Positions 27,101 to 35,541 of a stretch of 64,000 nucleotides of DNA are shown in pieces. Source of the DNA: Bacteroidia bacterium (GTDB lineage Bacteria > Bacteroidota > Bacteroidia > B-17B0 > Aurantibacillaceae); the NCBI GenBank assembly GCA_035439445.1, contig DAORKG010000020.1, positions 375 to 64,374 on the forward strand, given 5' to 3'. Positions within the stretch are counted from its first letter, which is position 1, and each line of letters begins with the position of its first letter. A program made the position numbers and the translations under genes. The notes under the pieces were generated by a model that saw only the letters and a program-made list of their open reading frames with translations, did no database searches and was not told the DNA's origin.

Positions 27101-30100
27101 GAATTTGCTGGTAACCATTGATATGTGCCATTCCCTGTACCTGTTAAAGTTGTAAAACTATTTGGACAAATAGTTTGATTGATTCCTGCATTGGCATTTG
27201 GTGCACCTGTTTGTGTAACGTTAACATTATGAGTAATTACAATAGGGTTTGTAACAAGTGGTCCACTCAATGTAGCTGTAACAACATAGGACCCTGTATT
27301 AAAAACATGTGTGATTGATGCTCCTGTTCCATTTGGGCTACCATCACCAAAATTCCATGTTACCGTATAATTTTTATAACAGTTATTAATATCAAACTGA
27401 TAAGTAGGACATCCTGTAATCGTATTTACAAACGCAAAGTCGGGAGCAACAGGTAAGGGAACTTTAGAATCAACATTATTTACTAATGTATATTGGTTCT
27501 TCATATCAATAGGACTGCCAATAGCTCCAGCTGGTGTAATTAAATTAACACTTGCTTGTATAGCAATGTTTCCTGTAGCAGCATCCGGATTTGGTATTTC
27601 ATTTAAAAAATCTGTTTTTATCCCATCAATAAAATATAAATGGTTGTTTGGACCAATTTGCATAAATGATGGTTTTGTATTATAAGGTAATAAAATACCT
27701 GTATTCGAATTTGTTGCAACATCATGTTTCACTATAAAATCATTGATTACAATTCCACCTACGTACCCTAGACCTGTTGCATAAACATATTGACCATTTG
27801 GGCTAAAACTACAGCCTTGATAAGAAGACACGCCATTATAATGAGGTGTTATTAATTCATTTGATATGACACCTGTTGAGCTATTAAAATCATATAAAGC
27901 TAACTGACTACCAGATAAAGCAATTTTATTGCCAAAAGGCGAAGCTTTTAATTGATTAACATAACCTATATTACTGAAAGAGCCACCACATGATGGATAG
28001 GCATCTGGAGCATTACTACTAAAATTAGCATTAGTAATTCCGTTTTGTGTTACTAAATAAACATAAAATCTTTTATTTTGCACGCTATAGTATATAACCC
28101 AATAATCTTTCCCGTTACAATGCGGTATAGCAGTTATAGATTCCCAAAGTATTTCATTTGAAACACATGCTGGTAAAGGCAATAAACCTTGATTAATTAT
28201 TGTACTAGATGCCAAATCTATCAATGCGTATCCTCCTTGAAAGTTCATATTACTTGATAATTGACTAAGATTTGTTGGTTTGGGAGTATTGAAAATGTAA
28301 TATTGATTAGGGAAACCGGGTGCAGGAAAAGTGATACTATTAGAAAAACTAATATTGAAATTTTGTCCTAAATCATTTAACAATGAAGAAGATTTATACG
28401 CACTTGGTAAAGGATTGGTATTAATTTTATTAGGACTACCACTGCTTACTTTCCAAACATCCACACCATTTGCGTAATATAAATCATTTCCAGTATTATC
28501 TGAAATAGAAACACATAGAGAATTGATACCTGTAATAGATGTTTGAGGTGTAAATGTATTATCATTTTTTACGGGGATCCCTGAACTAAAATCTAATGAT
28601 ACATAATCTCCAAAATGCCAGTTTGCTTGTGAGATTTTTTCAGGGTCTAAGGTACAATCTACAACTAAAAATGAAATATTTGATGTTTGGGATGCTCCTG
28701 CCGCATCTGTTACTGTTAAACTAATATTATATGTACCAGGTGCGCCAAAAGTTACAGACGGAGGACTAGCTGTGTTACAATTTGTACTATGATACGTTGG
28801 CAATGAACTACCTGTTATATTCCATTGCCAATCAACAGCAGCATTACCGCTTAAACAAGTTAATGTTGCAAAATTTACTGGCTGACCAACACAACCATAT
28901 CCTTGCGAGGCACTAATATCAGAATTTAAAACACTTGCTGCTACACAACCAATATCACCTATTAAACCAGTAAAAATCAAATTACTGTTTGTCCATAAAT
29001 TAGACCATTTAATGTTTAAACAAGCCCACATCCTTAATTTTTGGTCATTTGTAAATGTATTCCTGCAAGGATCATCTTCATAAGCCATATAATCATTTGG
29101 TAAATCTTTTATACCACAAAGAGGAACGTATGATTCTGAACATGAATTTGGTCTGTTATTAGGATTACATTGCCCAGTAAAGCCAGACGACATAGGTGCA
29201 ATATCACATATCCCATCGCCATTTAAATCACAAGGGTCATTAGAACTTCCCGCGGCATTAGTTCCTGCACAAACTCCTGTTGGATTTTGTCCTACATTCG
29301 TGTTAGGAAAAAATGGATGCTGTAGAGATAAGAAATGACCAACCTCATGAACCAGTACTTTTCCATCTTGATTGCTAGGCCATAAATTATAAGTATTGTT
29401 TGTTAATGTATTTTCTCCAAAACATCCGGCAGACATAATTATACCTTCAGGTGTTCCAATTTGGTTACCAAAAGCATCATAAAAATAAACACCTGCCATT
29501 GGAGAGTTATTTACATATAATTGGTCAACTATCCAGATATTTAAATATTTATCTTTTGGGAACGTGTTAACACTAGCATTATTTGTTAAATTAACAAGCG
29601 CGGTTGCACTACCTTGTGTATTTATATATACCTGAATTGCCGGATCATTAATTGTTGACACATCATATCTCATGACTCCATATTCAGTATTGTTCCCTGG
29701 ATCTTGAGACCAATTTAAATTACTTGGATATGGATTTTTAGCCAAACAAAACTGAATTTTTGTATCGACACTAAATTGGCCTTGATAATTAACTTGACTT
29801 GCTGCAAAAGCTACATTTAATGCATTTATTTGAGATTGAATTTGTGCATAAGATAAGTTTGTTCCACTGCCATATGCCATGCCTGGTGTTTTAATTACAT
29901 GAACAACAACTGGAATGTTATATATAGCACTATTAGTAATTAAATTATTGTTATTATTAAGATTATTTGTTGCTAAGTATTGTTTTACTTGTTTGTTAAA
30001 AGCTAATACTAAACTATCATAATTCGGGTTAGCACTTCTATAATTTTGTTCAAGTAAATGGTTACCACAAGTTGGCGTAACTGTTTGAGCAAATAGGTTA

Positions 30101-30147
30101 CATGAAACAAAAATAAATATCCACGAAGTAATTAGAATGTTTTTCAT
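24163..30147 (-). CDS. 1994-aa secreted metzincin (M43-like) metalloprotease with PKD domains, beta-helix repeats and T9SS CTD
   Basis: Signal peptide MKNILITSWIFIFVSCNLFAQ (ATG at 30147). HEVGHFLSLQHPF zinc motif. PKD signatures (WNFGDGSP...). Long N/T/S-rich parallel beta-helix-type repeats. CTD IFPNPGVNLFHV...DGIYFVKF. Confidence 0.85.
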   Translation of the reverse strand: MKNILITSWIFIFVSCNLFAQTVTPTCGNHLLEQNYRSANPNYDSLVLAFNKQVKQYLATNNLNNNNNLITNSAIYNIPVVVHVIKTPGMAYGSGTNLSYAQIQSQINALNVAFAASQVNYQGQFSVDTKIQFCLAKNPYPSNLNWSQDPGNNTEYGVMRYDVSTINDPAIQVYINTQGSATALVNLTNNASVNTFPKDKYLNIWIVDQLYVNNSPMAGVYFYDAFGNQIGTPEGIIMSAGCFGENTLTNNTYNLWPSNQDGKVLVHEVGHFLSLQHPFFPNTNVGQNPTGVCAGTNAAGSSNDPCDLNGDGICDIAPMSSGFTGQCNPNNRPNSCSESYVPLCGIKDLPNDYMAYEDDPCRNTFTNDQKLRMWACLNIKWSNLWTNSNLIFTGLIGDIGCVAASVLNSDISASQGYGCVGQPVNFATLTCLSGNAAVDWQWNITGSSLPTYHSTNCNTASPPSVTFGAPGTYNISLTVTDAAGASQTSNISFLVVDCTLDPEKISQANWHFGDYVSLDFSSGIPVKNDNTFTPQTSITGINSLCVSISDNTGNDLYYANGVDVWKVSSGSPNKINTNPLPSAYKSSSLLNDLGQNFNISFSNSITFPAPGFPNQYYIFNTPKPTNLSQLSSNMNFQGGYALIDLASSTIINQGLLPLPACVSNEILWESITAIPHCNGKDYWVIYYSVQNKRFYVYLVTQNGITNANFSSNAPDAYPSCGGSFSNIGYVNQLKASPFGNKIALSGSQLALYDFNSSTGVISNELITPHYNGVSSYQGCSFSPNGQYVYATGLGYVGGIVINDFIVKHDVATNSNTGILLPYNTKPSFMQIGPNNHLYFIDGIKTDFLNEIPNPDAATGNIAIQASVNLITPAGAIGSPIDMKNQYTLVNNVDSKVPLPVAPDFAFVNTITGCPTYQFDINNCYKNYTVTWNFGDGSPNGTGASITHVFNTGSYVVTATLSGPLVTNPIVITHNVNVTQTGAPNANAGINQTICPNSFTTLTGTGNGTYQWLPANSGLSCYTCPSPVASPLVTTVYTLEVTNSCGTQSSSVIVTLSPPCTYCSNCNPIGTSGSITSNAVNSVFCVNNSVTIVGTKLFVNADFKMAAGVKIIVPNGAALRIINSHLYSCGDMWQGIEVQNGGQLTITNSLIEDAKVAVDVTGNIQASGNVFNLINSTFNRNDVSVFINSYSQAVPNYPFSITNCVFTCRDIPFGIQTFPSASTIGAAATNPGAPFTNNVIDNGTYLQTGTLGAFLKAPAPANSKPSAAIRLKAVGVTQNPQSATPTYFEFVLGGASNTNIIDNQRIGVDLIGSNFTSYNTIYQNTATFGKSNTAGGIGINATAPNETYNNRLRVTSTNNSASKGNKFVDCSRAINTFNYFEHQITLNDIRSSQSTATTGPNVKGKYGVKSITNRYKTYNVSNNTIYNIENGVILDATFGLLNIGSITSSSSQYAGAVNVDNNIISPQVGGSAITTNYVSNAIALSDIISSPYNIIPVSSSATSVIQTANNTITDVYRGIAYVNWEKSTNKISSNTIKLVVDPSSATPQQFGIAVSGAQANVNVSQVNSNNVTGFGITANSKVYGIVDNISDRINVNCNTTTNTYHGIAFSGNCTNTLFNNNVMSNHKYGFALLNNGIIGQQGTATSPQDNRWTGTWTGNFKTGILSGSDATYSKMYIRNNNSASPFNPDGSSQSFTLPFLATLYSLNNGNLVPTTSNPLYIGCPVVLNNGGGNPPAFVINQLEQIALDVINYQNNAQQTKTINKNQVYRLLKADPTLMANSSILQTFYANSQNTNRKVLADIETNIVTGDLTTANNLNASIASSDIVELNYKSFYNLAIKQAEGTITTNDSLALATLAYGCPFTDGVMVYQARVMLNVMYDSYNVYPDNCPEQSNARLAKSHQNDNAMDNEDSFDAVIFPNPGVNLFHVATFGVTDGDIEVIVNDIAGKTIYEGKHSIANALTEFVFDAKDGIYFVKFYNINSNQTIIKKLVIQK

Positions 30148-30270
30148 AACAGTCAATTTAAGTTTAAACGAATATATAACTATTAATTTAAAAAGCAAAT
30201 TTTTGTTAAAGGAAGTAATTGAATGAAGTTAAATTAATAATGTATGAGTAATATAACATTTAAAACTTGA

Positions 30271-30316
30271 GAGTGCAAAGTGCAAACCCATATATAAGGG
30301 TTTGCACTTTGCACTC
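30271..30316. terminator. perfect 19-bp inverted repeat (terminator/operator)
   Basis: GAGTGCAAAGTGCAAACCC-ATATATAA-GGGTTTGCACTTTGCACTC, between the ATPase gene 3' end and the protease gene 5' end. Confidence 0.6.
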
Positions 30317-30324
30317 GTGTATCT

Positions 30325-31497
30325 TTAAGTTGAATTATTTGATTTTAAAGGGTTTAAGTAGTACACAATTTCTTTATTGATAGCACGAGTGCAAAGGGTG
30401 TGGTTTACCTCATTTTGCTCTATGACAATAGCCGTATCGGTAATTTGTTTTAGGCGGCTAACGATAGTGCGCTTGCTGCAATCCAATTCTTCAGTAAGTG
30501 CCTCTATTAGTTCTTTGCGCGACATTTCCGGTTGTAATAAATGAGCTAATAATTCGGTTGTTTCAGAAAGTGCCGCTTTTTGATTTTTCTTGTCTAAAAT
30601 AGCTTGAGTTGAAAATGGGTCTGCCATTACCAATCCTTTTTCTTCGTTTGAATATTGAACATGAAATGGGTCGTGTTTTTTTGAGCTACGGCATTTTAGA
30701 AAATTGACTTTAATTAAATCAGTGTTATGATTTTGAGCGTCTTTCTCAAAACCGATTTGTAAAACGGTTGAAGCTTTGTTTAGAATTTCAGTACCTAAAT
30801 GCCCGCGAGCTTTATCCGTATTACCCGGATTCTCATGTATTAAACACAAAAAAGTAACATCGTACCGGTTAATAGATTGGTTCATCATATCTATTAATTT
30901 CATACTGTCTTTAGTGTCATTGAAGTTGAAAACACAATCGGTTATTACATCCAGTACAATAAACAAGTGCATTGGGAACTGTTTGCGGATATGCTCGAGA
31001 TAAATATTGAGCATATCAAATCGTTCTTCTCGTGCAAATTCAAGTAAAGAAATGTAGTCGAAGCCATAAGGATTATCCTGAATTGTATAACCCGCTTTTA
31101 GTTGAATTTGCTGAAGAGAATAAGGCAACTGGTCTGACAAATTTCTTTCCGTATCTACATAACAAACAGCATAACGACTTAGTAGGTTAGTTTTAAAATC
31201 TAATAAATCTCTATTACTATCGGGAGTTTTTAATAAAGCGGCGCAAATGGTTTCAGCAAGGCGTGACTTATGCACGCCTGCTTTACCTTGGATAACATTG
31301 ATTGTTTTAGGAAAGAAAACCGGGTTTTCTTTTTGCCACAAAATAGGTTGTGAGAAGTTAATCGGTTTGCTTTTGTTCTCTTTTATTTTCTTTTGAGATT
31401 CGAGCAAACGAGTGAGTTTTAATTGAGGACTTTCCAGGTTCACCGTAGGTGACTTAGAAAGTCCATTTTGGGTTGATGGTGCAGGAATATCAAACAT
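30325..31497 (-). CDS. RepA/DnaB-like P-loop ATPase (AAA_25-like) with C-terminal wHTH
   Basis: Walker A VIQGKAGVHKSRLAE. Walker B HLFIVLDVITD. LCLIHENPG. C-terminus SKRTIVSRLKQI. Typical replication/mobilisation protein of Bacteroidetes integrative elements. Confidence 0.6.
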   Translation of the reverse strand: MFDIPAPSTQNGLSKSPTVNLESPQLKLTRLLESQKKIKENKSKPINFSQPILWQKENPVFFPKTINVIQGKAGVHKSRLAETICAALLKTPDSNRDLLDFKTNLLSRYAVCYVDTERNLSDQLPYSLQQIQLKAGYTIQDNPYGFDYISLLEFAREERFDMLNIYLEHIRKQFPMHLFIVLDVITDCVFNFNDTKDSMKLIDMMNQSINRYDVTFLCLIHENPGNTDKARGHLGTEILNKASTVLQIGFEKDAQNHNTDLIKVNFLKCRSSKKHDPFHVQYSNEEKGLVMADPFSTQAILDKKNQKAALSETTELLAHLLQPEMSRKELIEALTEELDCSKRTIVSRLKQITDTAIVIEQNEVNHTLCTRAINKEIVYYLNPLKSNNST

Positions 31498-31508
31498 GTT
31501 TTAAGTTT

Positions 31509-31895
31509 TTATTGGTAATACGATAGTGCCATGAAGTACAATTTAATTTCGCCGTTTTCGAAACGAACTGTTGCAGACCAATCTTTTGGTTTACGGTTTT
31601 GTAACTCCGTTTCTTGTTGGATGCAACTTTCTAAACTCATGATCATCATTTTGTAGTTGGCCTCATCAAGTCTGATAAACAACTCAGACATATAAGCGTA
31701 ACGCAATTTATCGAGTTGCAGTTTTTCAAACAGTTTATTTAATTGGTTTTTATCGCTGTTACTATCGCTAAATAATTTCATGTAATAATTTACATTGCTC
31801 TCTAATGTTTTAGCATCACGGGCAAGGATTGCTGAAACTTGTTGAAGCAATTCAGGCCAAGTAAGGTCGTGTAAAGTCTCGTTATATTTTTCCAT
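31509..31895 (-). CDS. hypothetical protein (128 aa), island backbone
   Basis: Compact ORF in the same operon as the ATPase. No motif recognised. Confidence 0.5.
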   Translation of the reverse strand: MEKYNETLHDLTWPELLQQVSAILARDAKTLESNVNYYMKLFSDSNSDKNQLNKLFEKLQLDKLRYAYMSELFIRLDEANYKMMIMSLESCIQQETELQNRKPKDWSATVRFENGEIKLYFMALSYYQ

Positions 31896-31907
31896 GTTCT
31901 TCCCTCC

Positions 31908-32186
31908 TTACTTTTTAAATGCTTTCACATAATGCTTGTTTAATAATTCTTCAACGTCACCCATTTTGTAATAGATTTTGTTACCAACCTGAGAGAAAGA
32001 AATTTTGCCTTCATCTCTCCAGGTTTGTGCGGTGCGTTTTGAGATTTTCATCAAGAATAAAAATTCTTGATTGTCCACAAAAACCTCTTGTGGTTTTTTG
32101 TTTTGGTTGTCAATTTTTGTTTTGATTTCTTCGATTGAGCCTGCCAATGTATTGAACTGCTCTTTTGATAAGATTACTGCTTCCAT
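31908..32186 (-). CDS. excisionase-type helix-turn-helix DNA-binding protein
   Basis: FLFLMKISKRTAQTWRDEGKISFSQVGNKIYYKMGDVEELLNKH matches the HTH_17/Xis-like pattern. 92 aa. Confidence 0.65.
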   Translation of the reverse strand: MEAVILSKEQFNTLAGSIEEIKTKIDNQNKKPQEVFVDNQEFLFLMKISKRTAQTWRDEGKISFSQVGNKIYYKMGDVEELLNKHYVKAFKK

Positions 32187-32254
32187 AATTGTTTGTTTTT
32201 AAATGATTATGGGGCAAAAGTGTGCAGAGAAAAAAGGTGACTTGGTGACGGAAC

Positions 32255-32268
32255 AGTTCCCGGGAACT
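32255..32268. promoter_or_regulatory. perfect 14-bp palindrome AGTTCCCGGGAACT upstream of the Xis-like gene
   Basis: Seen directly. GC-rich palindrome in an AT-rich spacer, 69 nt upstream of the ATG at 32186. Confidence 0.4.
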
Positions 32269-32301
32269 ATTTTACATACAACATCGTGAAAATCAATGCA
32301 G

Positions 32302-33171
32302 CTATTCTAGTTTAAAACGAGAGTTCCCTTTAGGTCTTTTGTCAAAATTGGATGGTTTTAACATTGTGTAAACCGAATCAGCAGAAATTTGATTACCGTC
32401 CTTATCAATCACATTACTAGCAATAAACTCTGATATTTCTTTTAAGGGGTTGGCTATGGCTTGTTTTTCTTGAGATAGTTGAAAAAATACGTCAACAAAG
32501 TAATTGATATTACAATTAAGTTTTATGGGAGTGATAGCATTAGTTTTATTAGCAATAGAAACTGTTCCTTTTTTGAGGATGGATTTTTCTCTTAAAACTT
32601 CTTGTTTATTGAGTTTTTCAATCTCTAAAGAAATTTGTTCATCAAATGGAACGGAATGAGGGTTTAAAATTGCTGGGCGCTGTTGTTTGTATTCTGTTTC
32701 CACTTCACATAAATAAAATAATTTATCCTCTACTGTATCGTATTGCTTAAGTCTTTGCTTTACTTCCTTAATATCAAATGTATTTTTTTGAGAATTATTT
32801 TGGTGTTCGATAGCATCACGCATGACTTCAATTATCATTAAAGCTTTTTCAAATTTAACTACTTGTTCTTTTGTTGTAAATAATTCTCTATTTAGATCAA
32901 TCAGCTTTTCTAATTTATTGAGCCATACAATAGGCTCCTGCATTTTATCACACTGGTATTGAATGAATGGTTTAATTTTTGATTTTGGTATTGTAAATAG
33001 TTTGTGAAGCAAACATTTACAATACAGTTCTAAATAAAATTTACCGCCATTTAAAAAATTTGCAGGTTGCTTCTCGTCGAATATGCAAATAGCATATTCG
33101 TGCGCATCAAATTGGGTAATATCAACAATCGGATGCTCTATAAAAGGAGAACTAATAACAAACGTATACAT
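32302..33171 (-). CDS. hypothetical protein (289 aa), island backbone
   Basis: ORF between the integrase and the Xis-like gene. No motif recognised. Confidence 0.5.
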   Translation of the reverse strand: MYTFVISSPFIEHPIVDITQFDAHEYAICIFDEKQPANFLNGGKFYLELYCKCLLHKLFTIPKSKIKPFIQYQCDKMQEPIVWLNKLEKLIDLNRELFTTKEQVVKFEKALMIIEVMRDAIEHQNNSQKNTFDIKEVKQRLKQYDTVEDKLFYLCEVETEYKQQRPAILNPHSVPFDEQISLEIEKLNKQEVLREKSILKKGTVSIANKTNAITPIKLNCNINYFVDVFFQLSQEKQAIANPLKEISEFIASNVIDKDGNQISADSVYTMLKPSNFDKRPKGNSRFKLE

Positions 33172-33173
33172 AA

Positions 33174-33216
33174 CAAAAAAATAAAAACCGTTTTACTAAA
33201 TTAAAGCAAAACGGTT
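33174..33216 (-). terminator. integrase terminator
   Basis: AACCGTTTT-13 nt-AAAACGGTT, followed on the - strand by TTTTTATTTTTTT. Confidence 0.6.
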
Positions 33217-33275
33217 AAATAAAATGTTAATGTTTATAAATATAGCATTAAATTGCTATAATTTATAGCAATTTA

Positions 33276-34523
33276 TTAGGCTAATTTTAGGTTATATTGC
33301 GGTGCAGGCTCAGAGAATACATCCATTGCCTTATCAAGTTCCTCATTAACTATTTTTGCATAGCCTTGTGTAGTTTTAATATTTCCATGACCCATTAATT
33401 TGGAAACATATTCTATACGCATACCTTTTTTTAAGGCTCTTGTTGCCCAAGTATGTCGAGAAGTATGAAAAGTTAAATGTTTTTTTATTTCAGCTTTTTT
33501 AGCAATTACTTTTAATGCACTATTACACATTGAATCTTGTGAAGCTATTGCTTTAGTTAAATAATCCTCATCTGAATAATCTAAATCATTATTTAAAAAT
33601 GGGAAAATAAAGTTATTTGGATTAACATTTTCACTATGATAAATCATTAATATGTCGATAGCTTTTTGAGGTAATTTAATTGAAACCGGAACACCTTTAC
33701 ATTTTTTAGTGTAAAGAAAAATGCGCTCCCCATCGAAATTAATCCATTTTAATTTACATACATCCGAAATTCTCAAGCCTCCTGCATATGCAGACAAAAT
33801 GTAAGCGTTACGAGTATCGAAAATTCTTTTATGGCAATTAGTTAAGTTTAGATTTTCAATAGCTTCAATTTCTGACTCTACCAGGAAATTTTTCTCAACA
33901 TTTTCCCATTTATATTTGTACCATAAAAATGGATTTTCATCATATTTAATCACTCTGTCTTTGACTGCCTCATTTATTATTCTACGAATGATTTTCATAT
34001 TTGCATAAACTGTATTTGTGCAGTTATTTCTTTTATTTCTCATGTGATGCTCGTATTCTTTCAGCCAACGAGTATTAAGGGTTTCAAAGTTTAAATCTTT
34101 ACCTTGCATGTATTCCTTAACTTTACTTATAACACCTTCTGCCTTATCATAAGTTGAGCCTGCAACTTTACCTTTTACGTCCATAAAATAAAGTTTACAA
34201 TAGTCAAAAAAACTAGGCGATTCTTTACCCATTATATTTTCTTTGATAGAAGCTGCTGAAATATCTTTAGAATTATTTTCCAATTCTAAAGCTTGATTTT
34301 CTGCTTCTGCTAATTTGTTGGTAATGGTATTATTAATACGTTGGGAATTTTTCATACCCTTTTTTACACGTTTATTTTCCTCATCCCAATTATCTTTATG
34401 AACTGTAATACCCAAAGCAATATACTTTGATTGACGATTTTTGATAATCCGGAGGTACAAAGGAGCCTCCTCTTTATTGTTCATTTTCTCCTTTCTGAAG
34501 ACAATTTTTACCGATGTTGCCAT
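33276..34523 (-). CDS. tyrosine-type site-specific integrase
   Basis: N-terminal arm-binding-type MATSVKIVFRKEK...APLYLRII. Catalytic GGLRISDV...HTSRHTWATRAL...LMGHGNIKTTQGYAKI (R..H-x-x-R..H..Y). Confidence 0.92.
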   Translation of the reverse strand: MATSVKIVFRKEKMNNKEEAPLYLRIIKNRQSKYIALGITVHKDNWDEENKRVKKGMKNSQRINNTITNKLAEAENQALELENNSKDISAASIKENIMGKESPSFFDYCKLYFMDVKGKVAGSTYDKAEGVISKVKEYMQGKDLNFETLNTRWLKEYEHHMRNKRNNCTNTVYANMKIIRRIINEAVKDRVIKYDENPFLWYKYKWENVEKNFLVESEIEAIENLNLTNCHKRIFDTRNAYILSAYAGGLRISDVCKLKWINFDGERIFLYTKKCKGVPVSIKLPQKAIDILMIYHSENVNPNNFIFPFLNNDLDYSDEDYLTKAIASQDSMCNSALKVIAKKAEIKKHLTFHTSRHTWATRALKKGMRIEYVSKLMGHGNIKTTQGYAKIVNEELDKAMDVFSEPAPQYNLKLA

Positions 34524-34536
34524 ATTTTTTTTCTTT

Positions 34537-34544
34537 CAAAATTA
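34537..34544 (-). promoter_or_regulatory. -7 box TAATTTTG for the integrase
   Basis: Reverse complement of CAAAATTA, 14 nt upstream of the ATG at 34523. Confidence 0.35.
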
Positions 34545-34698
34545 CTACCGAAAGCAAAATTAAGGGTAAAACTTGGGGTTAAACATATCCACATTTCCTT
34601 TGCTTTTGGCTGCATTTTGTTGCTTTAAGAAATTGATTAAAATATTGATTTTTAAGCAATTAAGTACATGAGGCATGAAATTTTGGTTTGCCGCTTAT

Positions 34699-34717
34699 TC
34701 CCGTCCGGACCGCAAAA
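34699..34717. repeat. attR: displaced 3' fragment of tRNA-Asp (19-bp direct repeat)
   Basis: TCCCGTCCGGACCGCAAAA is identical to 11568-11586. No upstream tRNA body. Confidence 0.8.
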
Positions 34718-34745
34718 TCCTGATAAGAAATTATCAGGATTTTTC
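34717..34745 (+). terminator. native tRNA-Asp terminator, now separated from the tRNA
   Basis: ATCCTGATAA-GAAA-TTATCAGGAT plus TTTT, immediately after the attR repeat. Confidence 0.7.
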
Positions 34746-34784
34746 GTTTTATGACGTTTTTGTTTTTATTCATCTAAAAAATAA

Positions 34785-35408
34785 TTACTCCGTTGCTGAT
34801 AGAATCATCTCTTTTACAGTATAATATTGTTTCATTTTCAAACTTTTCTCTCTTCTCCACCCACTTGAAACATTTATATTGAATAAGGTCGCAACTTCCT
34901 TATAATTCATGTGATTCAAAAAAGCCTTCACGTACTCAAAATCTCCTTTTTTCCATGAATCCAAATAATCCTCATATATCATAAACAGGTTATTAAGATA
35001 CAAACTTGTTTTTTCATCACTCGTGGCAATCAAAAAACGGCAATCTGTTTTTTTTATCAAATCTAATCGTTGTCGGGCATCAATTAAACCAAAGCCTAAT
35101 CTCTCGTATGCCGTATGCTTGCTTTGAACCGACTCCAAAGTATCATGATACAATACGTGTTTTAATTTAAAATCCAGATTATTTTCGATAATACACTCTT
35201 CAATATCAAAAATCATTTCCAAGGTTCCCTGCAAACTATTGGTAATACCCTGAAATTCATTGGCCATAACCATATCTAATGACGTAATGAAATGCTTTTT
35301 ATGAATCTTGTTAATCACTCCGATGACATTTCTGAGGTCTTTTTGAATTGACTCATGAGAACTGGAACCCAAATTCCTGACCGCAGACATTAATATGAAA
35401 TGTTCCAT
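34785..35408 (-). CDS. hypothetical protein, possibly SatD-like (degenerate cyclase-like N-domain plus C-terminal HTH)
   Basis: Layout ...ANEFQGI....RLGFGLIDAR... plus C-terminal YKEVATLFNINVSSGWRREK resembles the SatD family. Recalled from memory only. Confidence 0.35.
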   Translation of the reverse strand: MEHFILMSAVRNLGSSSHESIQKDLRNVIGVINKIHKKHFITSLDMVMANEFQGITNSLQGTLEMIFDIEECIIENNLDFKLKHVLYHDTLESVQSKHTAYERLGFGLIDARQRLDLIKKTDCRFLIATSDEKTSLYLNNLFMIYEDYLDSWKKGDFEYVKAFLNHMNYKEVATLFNINVSSGWRREKSLKMKQYYTVKEMILSATE

Positions 35409-35501
35409 AGGTTAAATTTGATATTTTTGCATAAATAGCGCAAAATTAAAAAAATATTTCAAATAGTGGTTGATTTTACTTGGCAACTAGGAAAAAAGAC
35501 A

Positions 35502-35509
35502 TATATTTG
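35502..35509 (+). promoter_or_regulatory. -7 box TATATTTG (with TTG 19 nt upstream) for the rplM operon
   Basis: TTG at 35480-35482, then 19 nt, then TATATTTG. 33 nt upstream of the rplM start. Confidence 0.5.
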
Positions 35510-35541
35510 CAGCCCAATTTAGAAAATTAAAACAAATAAAC

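Larger units (their letters stand above)
11568..34717. mobile_element. ~23.1 kb integrative island in tRNA-Asp
   Basis: Bounded by the 19-bp direct repeat. Integrase, Xis-like HTH and RepA-like ATPase module at the right end. The displaced tRNA 3' fragment at 34699 is followed by its own terminator. Confidence 0.75.

Noticed and set aside
17068-30147. Compositional evidence that the T9SS operon is foreign.
   Set aside because: By eye its G+C and codon style match the flanking chromosome. Foreignness rests only on the att repeats, so no compositional claim is made.
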